Of a stretch of DNA of 27,731 bases, positions 9,830 to 18,304 are shown in pieces (within the stretch, counting starts at the first letter, position 1; every line of letters starts with the position of its first letter). The position numbers and the translations under genes are program-made. The DNA is from Nitrospirota bacterium (lineage in GTDB: Bacteria; Nitrospirota; Nitrospiria; Nitrospirales; Nitrospiraceae), in assembly GCA_963703955.1 (NCBI GenBank), contig CAVPGK010000027.1:1-27731 (forward strand). The letters run 5' to 3'. A model generated the notes under the pieces. It was not told the origin of the DNA, did no database searches, and saw only the letters and a list, made by a program, of their open reading frames with translations.

Positions 9830-10198
9830 GGGCAGAACTGTTCTCCTTCCTCAACAGAAAGCCAATAAGCAAAACCGAGACCGTCATGTTGCCAAAAACC
9901 TCCTTCCGGTGTCAGTGCCAGTCCCACAGCGGGATAACGCAAAGGCAGCCCCAACATGCGAAAATTACTGAGTTCCGGGTCAACCCGGTCGCGTCTCTCG
10001 GCGAGAGAAGCCTGGATGGCAATGGGCCGCAGCGATCTATCCAGAACAGATTGTCCTGGAGGGGACAGTCCGTCCCGACTGCGAATGTAAATCGAGGCGA
10101 CCGGATGGCAGGTAACGCGACCGCCGGCCAGCAGAGCCTCCGACTTTCACAAAGAAATAAGAAGTGCACTGTGACAAACGCGTAGTCAATCGATCGAG

Positions 10199-10214
10199 GG
10201 GTATGCACCTTGCA
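10199..10214 (+). promoter_or_regulatory. Possible sigma54 (-24/-12) promoter
   Basis: GGGTATGCACCTTGCA fits GG-N10-GC with TTGCA, ~210 nt upstream of the CDS at 10423. Confidence 0.45.
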
Positions 10215-10422
10215 ACCATCCCTTTTCATGGTCACGCGCCGCTCTGGTGCGCTCGTGGGTGCTGCGTGAGGAGAGCAGCGAAGTCTAGAAAACCGACGGA
10301 CCACGCCACGAACCATCTCGAAAGTTCAACGAGGGAGGAAAACCAAACTATCCCCGCAGAGCTACTCGACGGGTCCCCTGATCGAAAGCGATCGGCCGGT
10401 CCGATAGAGAAAGGAGATCACC

Positions 10423-11022
10423 ATGAAAAGATTGTTGGCATGTACGGCGACGGCGGTGCTGCTGAGCGTAACGACAGTCTCGGTCCAGGCGGCGTCCGTA
10501 CCCGCTGATCAGGATAACCCGATGCTGCAAGGTGAACGCCGCATCATGGGGACCGTCGAAGAAGTAAAGAGTGACCAGATCAAAGTGAATACGGGCGAGA
10601 TCCAGCCGCGTTTCATTCCTCTGAAGCCAGCTAAGGACAAAGGTCTGCCGATGATCAACGAGGGTGACAAGATCGAGATTACGGTCAACGATCAGAACCT
10701 CGTTGTGGATTACCACCTGATCGATGCAAGCGGCCATTCAGTGGCTGCACACGACCACCAGGTGGTCAAGGGTCGGATTGCCAAGGCCATGGCCGTCGGA
10801 CACGAAAAGGCAGTGATCGAGACGAAGGACGGTCAGGAAAAGTCCTATGAAATCCGACCCCAAGCTCGCAGTAAGATGGCGTCTATTCCGGTCGGAATCG
10901 AGGCCGTGTTCCTAGTCGATGAAACCAACAAGATCGTGGACGTGAATTTTAAGGATAAAGCGGCGGCGCAGAGCGCCGGCAAGGTGCCGGAGAAAAAATC
11001 CCCTCCCAAGGGCACTCGTTAG
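10423..11022 (+). CDS. Exported hypothetical protein with two beta-rich (OB-like) modules
   Basis: AAAGGAG RBS; signal peptide ending VQA; modules 'IMGTVEEV...GDKIEITVNDQNLVVD' and 'VKGRI...GIEAVFLVDETNKIVD'. Confidence 0.8.
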   Translation: MKRLLACTATAVLLSVTTVSVQAASVPADQDNPMLQGERRIMGTVEEVKSDQIKVNTGEIQPRFIPLKPAKDKGLPMINEGDKIEITVNDQNLVVDYHLIDASGHSVAAHDHQVVKGRIAKAMAVGHEKAVIETKDGQEKSYEIRPQARSKMASIPVGIEAVFLVDETNKIVDVNFKDKAAAQSAGKVPEKKSPPKGTR

Positions 11023-11030
11023 AACGCAGG

Positions 11031-11069
11031 AACCACCCTCGAGCGCCGCTCGAGGGTGGTTTTTTATTT
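11031..11069 (+). terminator. Rho-independent terminator
   Basis: Perfect 14-bp stem AACCACCCTCGAGC/GCTCGAGGGTGGTT followed by a T-run, just after stop 11022. Confidence 0.9.
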
Positions 11070-11103
11070 CTACTGACCTCAGGAGTTGCGGTCCTTCTGC
11101 AAG

Positions 11104-12180
11104 CTAGGGCAGCTTAGGCATGACGATGTTGAGCGGTGCTCCGCTCAACGTCTTGAGAAAGGCCAGTAAGTCCGCTCTTTCTTCCGGGGAAAGGCTGAGC
11201 GGCTTCATCAGTGGGCTCAGATTTGGATTGGGCCCTCCGCCCTTATCGAGGAAATCGATCACCTCCTCCAGCGTTTTGAACACCCCGTCGTGCATGTATG
11301 GGGCGGTTTCCGTGATACTGCGGAGGGTGGGGGTCTTGAAGGCGCCCTTGTCGCGATCCAACCGGGTGACGTTGTAACGCCCCAAATCCTCCTTGAGCAA
11401 GCCCTCCTGCGGAACACCTAAATTGTGGAATTGGTTGTCCGTAAAGTTCGGGCCGTTGTGGCAGAGAATGCAGCGGGCCTTCCCTTTGAACAGAGCGAGA
11501 CCTCGAACGGCCGCCTCGTCCATCGCGCCGGCATCGCCCATTGAGTATTTGTCAAAGGCGGAATTGGACGACACAATCGTCCGTTCAAAGGCCGCGATGG
11601 CCTCGGCAATGCTCTGTAAACTCACGTCTTTGCCAAAGACCGCACGAAATTGCTTTTGATAGCGAGGTATCTTCGCGATTTTCGGCACGACCGTCTCATG
11701 GGTTTCCGCCATCTCAATCGGATTGTGGATCGGACCAATGGCTTGTTCTTCCAGTGACCCCGCGCGACCGTCCCAAAACTGAAGCGGGTTGAAGGCGGTA
11801 TTGAACACCGTAGGGGCTTGCCGACCGCCAGCGGTCCCGAAGGCCCCAATGGAAAATTGACGCGCATCGGCGAATCCGGTGGCGGGATTGTGGCAGAACG
11901 CGCAGGACACGGCATTATTCTTTGAGAGCCGGCCATCGAAATAAAGTTGCTTCCCCAATTCAACTTTTTGCATGTAATTCAAGTTGGTCGGGGGAACTGG
12001 TACGTATGCCGGCATCGGACCGATATCCGGCACGGCCAGGTCATCCACCATAATGAGATCGGTCGTGCCGAGCGGAGTCGCTAGATTTTCCTGCGCCGAG
12101 AGATTTTCAGGGATGTCACCGACACCCGCCAACACCCCTACCATTAGAAGTACGATCAGCCTTCTTCTGGGTCCGATCAT
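11104..12180 (-). CDS. Di-heme cytochrome c peroxidase (CcpA/MauG family)
   Basis: Two CxxCH motifs (CAFCH, CILCH), QFWDGRA, FKTPTLR, PYMHDG; AGAGGAGG RBS before ATG 12180. Confidence 0.93.
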   Translation of the reverse strand: MIGPRRRLIVLLMVGVLAGVGDIPENLSAQENLATPLGTTDLIMVDDLAVPDIGPMPAYVPVPPTNLNYMQKVELGKQLYFDGRLSKNNAVSCAFCHNPATGFADARQFSIGAFGTAGGRQAPTVFNTAFNPLQFWDGRAGSLEEQAIGPIHNPIEMAETHETVVPKIAKIPRYQKQFRAVFGKDVSLQSIAEAIAAFERTIVSSNSAFDKYSMGDAGAMDEAAVRGLALFKGKARCILCHNGPNFTDNQFHNLGVPQEGLLKEDLGRYNVTRLDRDKGAFKTPTLRSITETAPYMHDGVFKTLEEVIDFLDKGGGPNPNLSPLMKPLSLSPEERADLLAFLKTLSGAPLNIVMPKLP

Positions 12181-12276
12181 GAAAATACCTCCTCTACGAC
12201 ACGAAAAGAGTCGCATAGACATGAAGGTTCGCACGCCCCGCACCATGGCGAAATCGTCTGTTGCGGTCATCCGCAG

Positions 12277-13617
12277 TCATTTCTGCCTGATCAGTATCCG
12301 GATCGGACAACCGGGGAATCCATACTGTTCTCGAATCCGATTCTCGAGATAGCGCACATACGTTTTCTCGACATCCTGAGGTTGGCCAACGAAGAAAGCA
12401 AACGTCGGCGGCTTCGTGGCAACCTGGGTCATGAAGACGGATTTGACGGCTTTGCTAGGCTTGCCTTTGCGGATCGGCAGAGGGTTCTCCGCAATGATCT
12501 CCTGGACGAACTTATTCAAGAGACCGGTGGGTACGCGGTGCGTGAAAGCCGCCATGACCCGGTCGATCTGGAGGAACAGGTCGGTCACGCAGTCCGGCTT
12601 CATGGCCGAGCCAAAAAGAATCGGCGCCCAAGGCAAGAATCGGAGGCGGCGGTGCAGTTCAAGGGAGTACTGGTCGCGAGCGGCCGCTTCATCGGCCCGT
12701 AGGTCCCATTTGTTCACGAGGATGATGCACGCGCGTCCTTGCTTGAGGATCAACCCCGCGATTTTCGTATCCTGCTCTGTGATACCTTCGACGGCGTCCA
12801 GGATCAGCACCGCAAGATCCGACCGGCCCATCGCCGTGAGGGCCCGAGATACGCTGAACCCTTCGACCCCTCGCTCGATGCGGCCCCGTCGTCTGATGCC
12901 GGCGGTATCGGTGAACACGTACCCTCGTCCCTGGTAGCTGACGGCCGTATCAATCGCATCGCGAGTTGTGCCGGGCATATCGCTGACCAGCACACGGTCT
13001 TCGCCGAGTAGAGTATTGACCAGCGTAGATTTGCCGACGTTCGGTCGTCCCACGACCGCCACCCGGGGGAGGTCCGTCGGTTCGGTCTCGCCATCCACTT
13101 CGGGCAATAGATGCACGAACCCTTCCAAGAGGTCGTCTACCCCGATGCCGTGCTCGGCTGAGACGGCATAGAACGAACCGTGTCCCACGGCATAGAAGTC
13201 AGCGACCAACGACTCGGATTTGGGGGTATCAATCTTGTTGATCGCGTAGAAGACCGGCTTGTTGACCCCGCGCAGAAGCTCGACGATCTCCTGATCGGTC
13301 GGCGTCAAGCCGGCTCGGCCATCCATGACTGCAATCAGGATGTCGGCTTCGGCGATTGCCATCTGGGATTGTTGGCGGATCAAGGAGAGCATGCCGTCGT
13401 CGGCAGAAGGATCAAGTCCTCCGGTATCGACCAGACGGAAGGGACGGCCTCGATAGCTTCCGTCCGCGTAGTTCCGGTCTCGCGTCACCCCGGGCACGTC
13501 ATCGACGATCGCGTTTCGGGCTCCCAGAATCCGGTTGAACAGCGTGGACTTACCGACGTTCGGCCGGCCGATGATGGCGATCAAAGGCGGCGTAACAGTG
13601 AAGAGATCGTGCGCCAT
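12277..13617 (-). CDS. der: Ribosome biogenesis GTPase Der (EngA)
   Basis: Two tandem G domains (GRPNVGKS twice, DTGG/DTAG, NKID/NKWD) plus KH-like C-terminus. Confidence 0.97.
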   Translation of the reverse strand: MAHDLFTVTPPLIAIIGRPNVGKSTLFNRILGARNAIVDDVPGVTRDRNYADGSYRGRPFRLVDTGGLDPSADDGMLSLIRQQSQMAIAEADILIAVMDGRAGLTPTDQEIVELLRGVNKPVFYAINKIDTPKSESLVADFYAVGHGSFYAVSAEHGIGVDDLLEGFVHLLPEVDGETEPTDLPRVAVVGRPNVGKSTLVNTLLGEDRVLVSDMPGTTRDAIDTAVSYQGRGYVFTDTAGIRRRGRIERGVEGFSVSRALTAMGRSDLAVLILDAVEGITEQDTKIAGLILKQGRACIILVNKWDLRADEAAARDQYSLELHRRLRFLPWAPILFGSAMKPDCVTDLFLQIDRVMAAFTHRVPTGLLNKFVQEIIAENPLPIRKGKPSKAVKSVFMTQVATKPPTFAFFVGQPQDVEKTYVRYLENRIREQYGFPGCPIRILIRQK

Positions 13618-13783
13618 GGTCGTTCAGCTCCCGGCCGAACCCTAGCACAGGGATTTTGGGAAAGACAACGGTGGGATGGCCCAGCCCGCCTACTCCTGCA
13701 AGGATTATGGAAGAGATGTCACCACTCGGCTCAGCGTGAGGGTATAATGACTCCCCTGGCCGGCGTCATCAATGGTTACGCGT

Positions 13784-14461
13784 ATGAGCGAATCACCAAT
13801 GACAAACGGACTGGATTGGAGCCAGGTGGATGATGTGCTGCTCGACATGGACGGCACGTTGCTGGACCGGCACTTTGATAATTTCTTTTTCGAAGAGGAG
13901 TTGCCGCGGCGGTATGCCGCCAAACATGGGCTGGAGTTATCGGATGGGCGGGAGCGCCTCTTTGCGCTGTATCGAGCGGTCGAGGGCGAGCTCGATTGGA
14001 CGGATCTGACCTACTGGAGCAGGACATTGGATATCGACGTGGTGGCGTTGACGAAGGAATTTGACCACATGATCGTCTTCCTTCCGGACGCCGAGGAGTT
14101 TTTGCGCCGCCTTCGTACGAGCGGAAAAGGGGTGCATCTGGTCACCAATGCTCATGCCGCCGGGGTCGCGATCAAGGCGGCGAGAACCGGAATCGATCGA
14201 CATGTGGACCGCATCGTTACAGCCTTCGATGTGGGATATCTCAAGATGCGGGGGGAGTATTGGCCTGCTTGCCGGCGTGTGATCGGCTTCGATCCGATAC
14301 GCACGCTGTATATTGACGACGATGAGGCGTGTCTCGATGCCGCGCATGCCTATGGGGTCCGATTCGTCTATCACAGTTCCAAGTCAAGCTCGCTCCTGCC
14401 GCCGCAGCCTTCCTCTCAGTACCCATCGATCGAAAGCTTTCGAACCTTCATGATGACCTGA
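13784..14461 (+). CDS. yrfG: HAD-family hydrolase, GMP/IMP nucleotidase YrfG-like
   Basis: LDWSQVDDVLLDMDGTLLDRHFDN, LVTNAH, YIDDD. Start 13784 or 13799. Confidence 0.8.
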   Translation: MSESPMTNGLDWSQVDDVLLDMDGTLLDRHFDNFFFEEELPRRYAAKHGLELSDGRERLFALYRAVEGELDWTDLTYWSRTLDIDVVALTKEFDHMIVFLPDAEEFLRRLRTSGKGVHLVTNAHAAGVAIKAARTGIDRHVDRIVTAFDVGYLKMRGEYWPACRRVIGFDPIRTLYIDDDEACLDAAHAYGVRFVYHSSKSSSLLPPQPSSQYPSIESFRTFMMT

Positions 14462-14477
14462 TCCGAATGTTGCCCGA

Positions 14478-15161
14478 TCATTCTTGTGCACCTGCCTGTT
14501 CGAGCAATCGTACAACATCCGCATGGCCCTGGCGTTTGGCCAGCGTCAAGGCAGTATCGCCCTCTTTGAATGTTCCAGCAGCTGTTCCCCGGCTGACTCT
14601 AGTGTGCACATTCGCCTTTGCCGCCAGCAACGCCTTCACAGACGCGGTGTAGCCTTTTTGCGCCGCCGCCATCAAAGCCGTCGTCCCTGTGACCGTACTC
14701 TGATTCACGTCGGCGCCTGCCGCCAAGAGGGTTGGCACCATCGTGTGGCAGCCGTACCAGGCGGCAAAGATCAACGCAGTGCTACCTTCGTCGGTTTGCG
14801 CGCGAATGTCGGCGCCCTTCTCCAGCAGGAGTGCGGCAACGTCCGGATAACACATCGCGACGGATGCCATCAAGGGAGTGATGCCGGTGACATTTTTCGA
14901 GTTTACATCGGCGCCTTTCTTCAACAAGAGCTTCACGACATCGACCCGGCCGGACCATGCGGCATACGTCAGTGGGGTATGGCCGTTCTCATCTTTCAAG
15001 TTGACGTCTTGACCGTGCTCCAGAATCTGCTGGACCGACTGCACCGAGCCTCTTTGCGCCTCGCTGTGGAGAGTCGGAGACGCGCACCCGAGCAGAAGAG
15101 TCATCACTGAGCTCGCCGTGAAGGCGGCGAACGAAAGATAGACGTGAGTGCCGTACGTCAT
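14478..15161 (-). CDS. Ankyrin-repeat lipoprotein
   Basis: Lipobox LLLGC; ~5-6 ankyrin repeats (GHTPL, GITPL, GSTAL, GTTAL, GDTAL). The longer ORF-track start overlaps the next gene. Confidence 0.88.
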   Translation of the reverse strand: MTYGTHVYLSFAAFTASSVMTLLLGCASPTLHSEAQRGSVQSVQQILEHGQDVNLKDENGHTPLTYAAWSGRVDVVKLLLKKGADVNSKNVTGITPLMASVAMCYPDVAALLLEKGADIRAQTDEGSTALIFAAWYGCHTMVPTLLAAGADVNQSTVTGTTALMAAAQKGYTASVKALLAAKANVHTRVSRGTAAGTFKEGDTALTLAKRQGHADVVRLLEQAGAQE

Positions 15162-15237
15162 GGCAGACGACCCTTTCTCTCTTTCACTGGATGACTGCAA
15201 ATAGGGGCTAGTATACGCAGGTGAATCGTCTCCCGCA

Positions 15238-16260
15238 CTATCCGTTCCGCTCCGGCCGCCACTGAAGCCCGAGGGTAATGATGCGCTGGAGTAGATTCTT
15301 GTAGGAGACGCCTGCCCGCTTCGCCGATTCGGCGAAGTCTTCAGCCTGAGCGATCTGGGGGTTGGGGTTCGCCTCAAGCACGTAGACCTTTCCGTCCTTG
15401 TCGAGTCGAAGATCGACCCGCGCATACCCGCTGAGCTCCAAAGAACGGTAGACGCGTTTGCACATATGCTGGATGACTTCGTACACGCCATCGGGCACGT
15501 CCTTCAGTTCCCCCGTCTTGATCCCGTATTTTTCCTGGTACTTGGTGCTCCATTTCACTCGTTCGGTGGCGATGCGCCGCACGTCTTCCGGCATCTTCGT
15601 GAATTGCATTTCCCATACGGGAAAAACCCGCAGCCGTTGGTTGCCCAGCACGCCGACGTAGAGCTCCCGGCCGTCGATGAACCGCTCGACGAGCGCGTCC
15701 GTGCCTACGCTGTCGTGGATGAACGCCACCCGCTCGCGCAGCTTTTGCTCGTCCTCTACGACGGAGGCCTGCGAGATCCCCAGCGACGCTTCTTCGGTGA
15801 GCGATTTCACCATCAGAGGGAAGGTCAGGCGTTTGGGCAGCCGGACCTTCTGCCCTCGTCGAAAGATGGAGAACTCCGGCATGGGAATCCGATGGTAGGC
15901 CATCAGCTTCTTAGAAAGCCCCTTGTCCTTCGCCAGCAGCAAGCCGCGTGGATTGCTGCCGGTATAAGGGACCCGCAGCAATTCAAGATAGCTGACGACG
16001 TTCGGCTCAAAGATACTGACATTATGGAACGCTTCGAGAAGGTTGAAGACGATGTGCGGTTTCCAGACATCGATCGCCGTGCGAATGATGCCGAGATCTT
16101 GCTCGACCCCCAGGGGCTCCGCTTCGTGACCGATTTTCCTCAGAGTCGTCACGACGTCGAACTCGGTCTTCCACTCGACCTGCTCCAGATCGACGTTAGA
16201 GACATCTTGGGGTGGGACCAAATGTTTGTGCATCAGCACGAGGACCTTCAGGGGTTTCAT
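15238..16260 (-). CDS. ATP-grasp ligase, D-Ala-D-Ala ligase-like (non-canonical)
   Basis: PYTGS, DKGLSK, KSLTEEASLGI, ERFIDGRE, YARVDLR, LEANPNP; lacks the canonical Ddl GGxSxE start. Confidence 0.88.
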   Translation of the reverse strand: MKPLKVLVLMHKHLVPPQDVSNVDLEQVEWKTEFDVVTTLRKIGHEAEPLGVEQDLGIIRTAIDVWKPHIVFNLLEAFHNVSIFEPNVVSYLELLRVPYTGSNPRGLLLAKDKGLSKKLMAYHRIPMPEFSIFRRGQKVRLPKRLTFPLMVKSLTEEASLGISQASVVEDEQKLRERVAFIHDSVGTDALVERFIDGRELYVGVLGNQRLRVFPVWEMQFTKMPEDVRRIATERVKWSTKYQEKYGIKTGELKDVPDGVYEVIQHMCKRVYRSLELSGYARVDLRLDKDGKVYVLEANPNPQIAQAEDFAESAKRAGVSYKNLLQRIITLGLQWRPERNG

Positions 16261-17330
16261 AGCGCCACCCGGCGGCCTCCGCTGTAGAGGTGGTTCATGG
16301 CCTGCACGGTCAGCAGGACGGTGAATTCCTGCTTTGCCTGCTCGTCCGGGACGGCAAGGCGAAGGTTCAGCTCCCGGCAGCGGGCGATGACGTCCTCGAA
16401 CACCTGGTCGATCGTGTATTGATAAGTGCCCGTCCAGCCAGCGACCAGGCGGCGGACGGGTTTTCGGATCCTGGTCAGGAAACGAGCTGCCGTCATATTC
16501 GCCGCGAACTCCGGCGAATCGGAAAAGAGTCGCCGCAGATCACGATCATAGAAGTTCGGATGCTCCACGCCGTAGTGACGCCGTTTCTTCCTGTAGTGCT
16601 GACGTAGCGTTCTGCGCAAGCGCCGTAAGGGGTCCACTTCCTCCGCGGACAGATTCAACGGCTCCTTCCCGATCAACGAATGCATGAGCCGGTCCATGTA
16701 TTGAAGCTTTTTCAGCGCTGGCCAGCCCGCATACCGTTTCTCCCACATGGAGGTCGGGGTCAGCCACACGGCGAACGTTTCCGCGAAGTCCTCATCCGGG
16801 TGGCTCTGAGCATACCAGGAATCGAGGTGGAGCACGAAACTCTTGCTGTACGGTTTGGGCGAATAGTCTGCGGGATAAGGTTCGGAGGATTTGCCGAATA
16901 GCCGCTGCCGGTGCCGGCGGCGGCGAAGTGCGAACGCGTTTTCAATGGCATGCCCGGCCTCATGGCGGAGGATGCGCATGCACCACGCGGCATCGCCGCC
17001 TTCGACTTCGAGCATCTGGGTGAGTTCTAGCTTCGCGAGCCGAGGATGGGCCAGATAGAACGGAATAGCAATGCCGGGCACATCGTCCGGACAGAACCAT
17101 TCATCGGACAGCCAAGCGTGAGGACGGAAGCGAAGGCCGCGATCATGGAGTTCCTGATACAGTTGTGCGATCCGCTCTTCGAGGCTGCTCCCCGCCATCT
17201 GGACGTCAAGATCGCAGAGTCGCAGGTCGAGCAGTTTCTCGTCAGGCCACCCAGTCCACTCCGGGCTATCCGTCGTTCGCTGTGGGATCGTCGGCTGTGG
17301 ATCTGCGCCTGTCTGCTCCTGGCTTGTCAT
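16257..17330 (-). CDS. Putative zinc-binding metallopeptidase (zincin-like)
   Basis: HEAGH (HExxH) and YAQSHPDEDFAETFAVW; ATGA overlap with the ATP-grasp gene. Confidence 0.85.
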   Translation of the reverse strand: MTSQEQTGADPQPTIPQRTTDSPEWTGWPDEKLLDLRLCDLDVQMAGSSLEERIAQLYQELHDRGLRFRPHAWLSDEWFCPDDVPGIAIPFYLAHPRLAKLELTQMLEVEGGDAAWCMRILRHEAGHAIENAFALRRRRHRQRLFGKSSEPYPADYSPKPYSKSFVLHLDSWYAQSHPDEDFAETFAVWLTPTSMWEKRYAGWPALKKLQYMDRLMHSLIGKEPLNLSAEEVDPLRRLRRTLRQHYRKKRRHYGVEHPNFYDRDLRRLFSDSPEFAANMTAARFLTRIRKPVRRLVAGWTGTYQYTIDQVFEDVIARCRELNLRLAVPDEQAKQEFTVLLTVQAMNHLYSGGRRVAL

Positions 17331-17490
17331 CGCGCTCTCGCCTGTTCTCCCGATAGGTCGAGCTGAAGCCTACCCTCAGCGTCTCTATTCAATATAATAG
17401 ACAGCGGCGAGCTTGGCCAGCGCAGGCTCACCGAACGAGAAGAGCCGCGCCGGGTGCGCGACCGACACAGGACGCCGAGCTAGACGTGGG

Positions 17491-18108
17491 TTAGGCCCTG
17501 ACGGCGATCCCTCGATACATTTCACCGATAACCCGCGGAACCCCCGGCAAGGCGTACCGATCTAGGCGCTCGATCTTCAGGTCGCTTTCGTTGATCAGGT
17601 GGTCGATGCGCCGATTAATATTGCACCCGCAGCCGATGATTCGTTGGAAAGGATTCAGACGATCTTGCCATGCAGCCACCCGGACGTGGTCGCTCCGGCC
17701 ATGCTCCAGGAAGACGAATTGCCCATCCGGTTTCAGCACCCGCCGTACTTGGCGGAGGGCGAGAACCGGCTCGGCGATCGTGCAGAGCGTCCACGTGCTG
17801 ACGACGCAATCAAATTGCTCGTCTTCACAGGGCAGCTCTTCCGCCGGAATGCGAACGACTTTGACCGGCATCGCCGCGCGATCGCTCCGTTTGGCGACGG
17901 TGCTTTCGAGAAAGCATCCAGGCTCGACGGCGATCAATCTGGTGACAGACTTCGGATAGTGCGGGAGATTCAGGCCGGTGCCGAAGCCGATCTCTAGGAC
18001 TTGGCCATGGACCCCGGCCAGCGCCTGCGCGCGCTGCTCCTGAATGCGACGCCCGCTCATCCACCAGTCCATCAGACGCGGAAAAATATGATTGGCGTAG
18101 AATCCCAT
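17491..18108 (-). CDS. Class I SAM-dependent methyltransferase
   Basis: VLEIGFGTG motif I, FDCVVSTWTLC, RVLKPDG, FLEHG. Confidence 0.9.
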   Translation of the reverse strand: MGFYANHIFPRLMDWWMSGRRIQEQRAQALAGVHGQVLEIGFGTGLNLPHYPKSVTRLIAVEPGCFLESTVAKRSDRAAMPVKVVRIPAEELPCEDEQFDCVVSTWTLCTIAEPVLALRQVRRVLKPDGQFVFLEHGRSDHVRVAAWQDRLNPFQRIIGCGCNINRRIDHLINESDLKIERLDRYALPGVPRVIGEMYRGIAVRA

Positions 18109-18136
18109 CTTGCGCCGGCCAGTATAGCAAACCGAT

Positions 18137-18193
18137 CAGGATGTTGAAAAAGGCCGCCAGCTTCGTTCTCGCATCGCTCAGAGGCTCAACGTA
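18137..18193. repeat. Half copy of a Nitrospira-type intergenic repeat (MITE/REP-like)
   Basis: AGGATGTTGAAAAAGGCCGCCAGCTTCGTTCTCGCATCGCTCAGAGGCTCAACGTA matches, from memory, one arm of a ~120-bp palindromic element common in Nitrospira; only one copy in the window. Confidence 0.6.
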
Positions 18194-18221
18194 GAAGAGT
18201 CGACCCCGTCTCGCCCGAATC

Positions 18222-18250
18222 TTGTTCGCCTCAGCAGTCTATGTTAGATT
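18222..18250 (+). promoter_or_regulatory. Candidate sigma70 promoter of leuS operon
   Basis: TTGTTC-N17-TAGATT with extended TGn. Confidence 0.4.
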
Positions 18251-18304
18251 CCCTCGTCTGTCAGAATCCGCTGTCGGCGCCGATCACGCAGCGCAGGTCA
18301 GTGA

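Noticed and set aside
9775..10508. ORFs in the kinase/exported-protein intergenic region
   Set aside because: Mutually overlapping, no RBS or domain signal.
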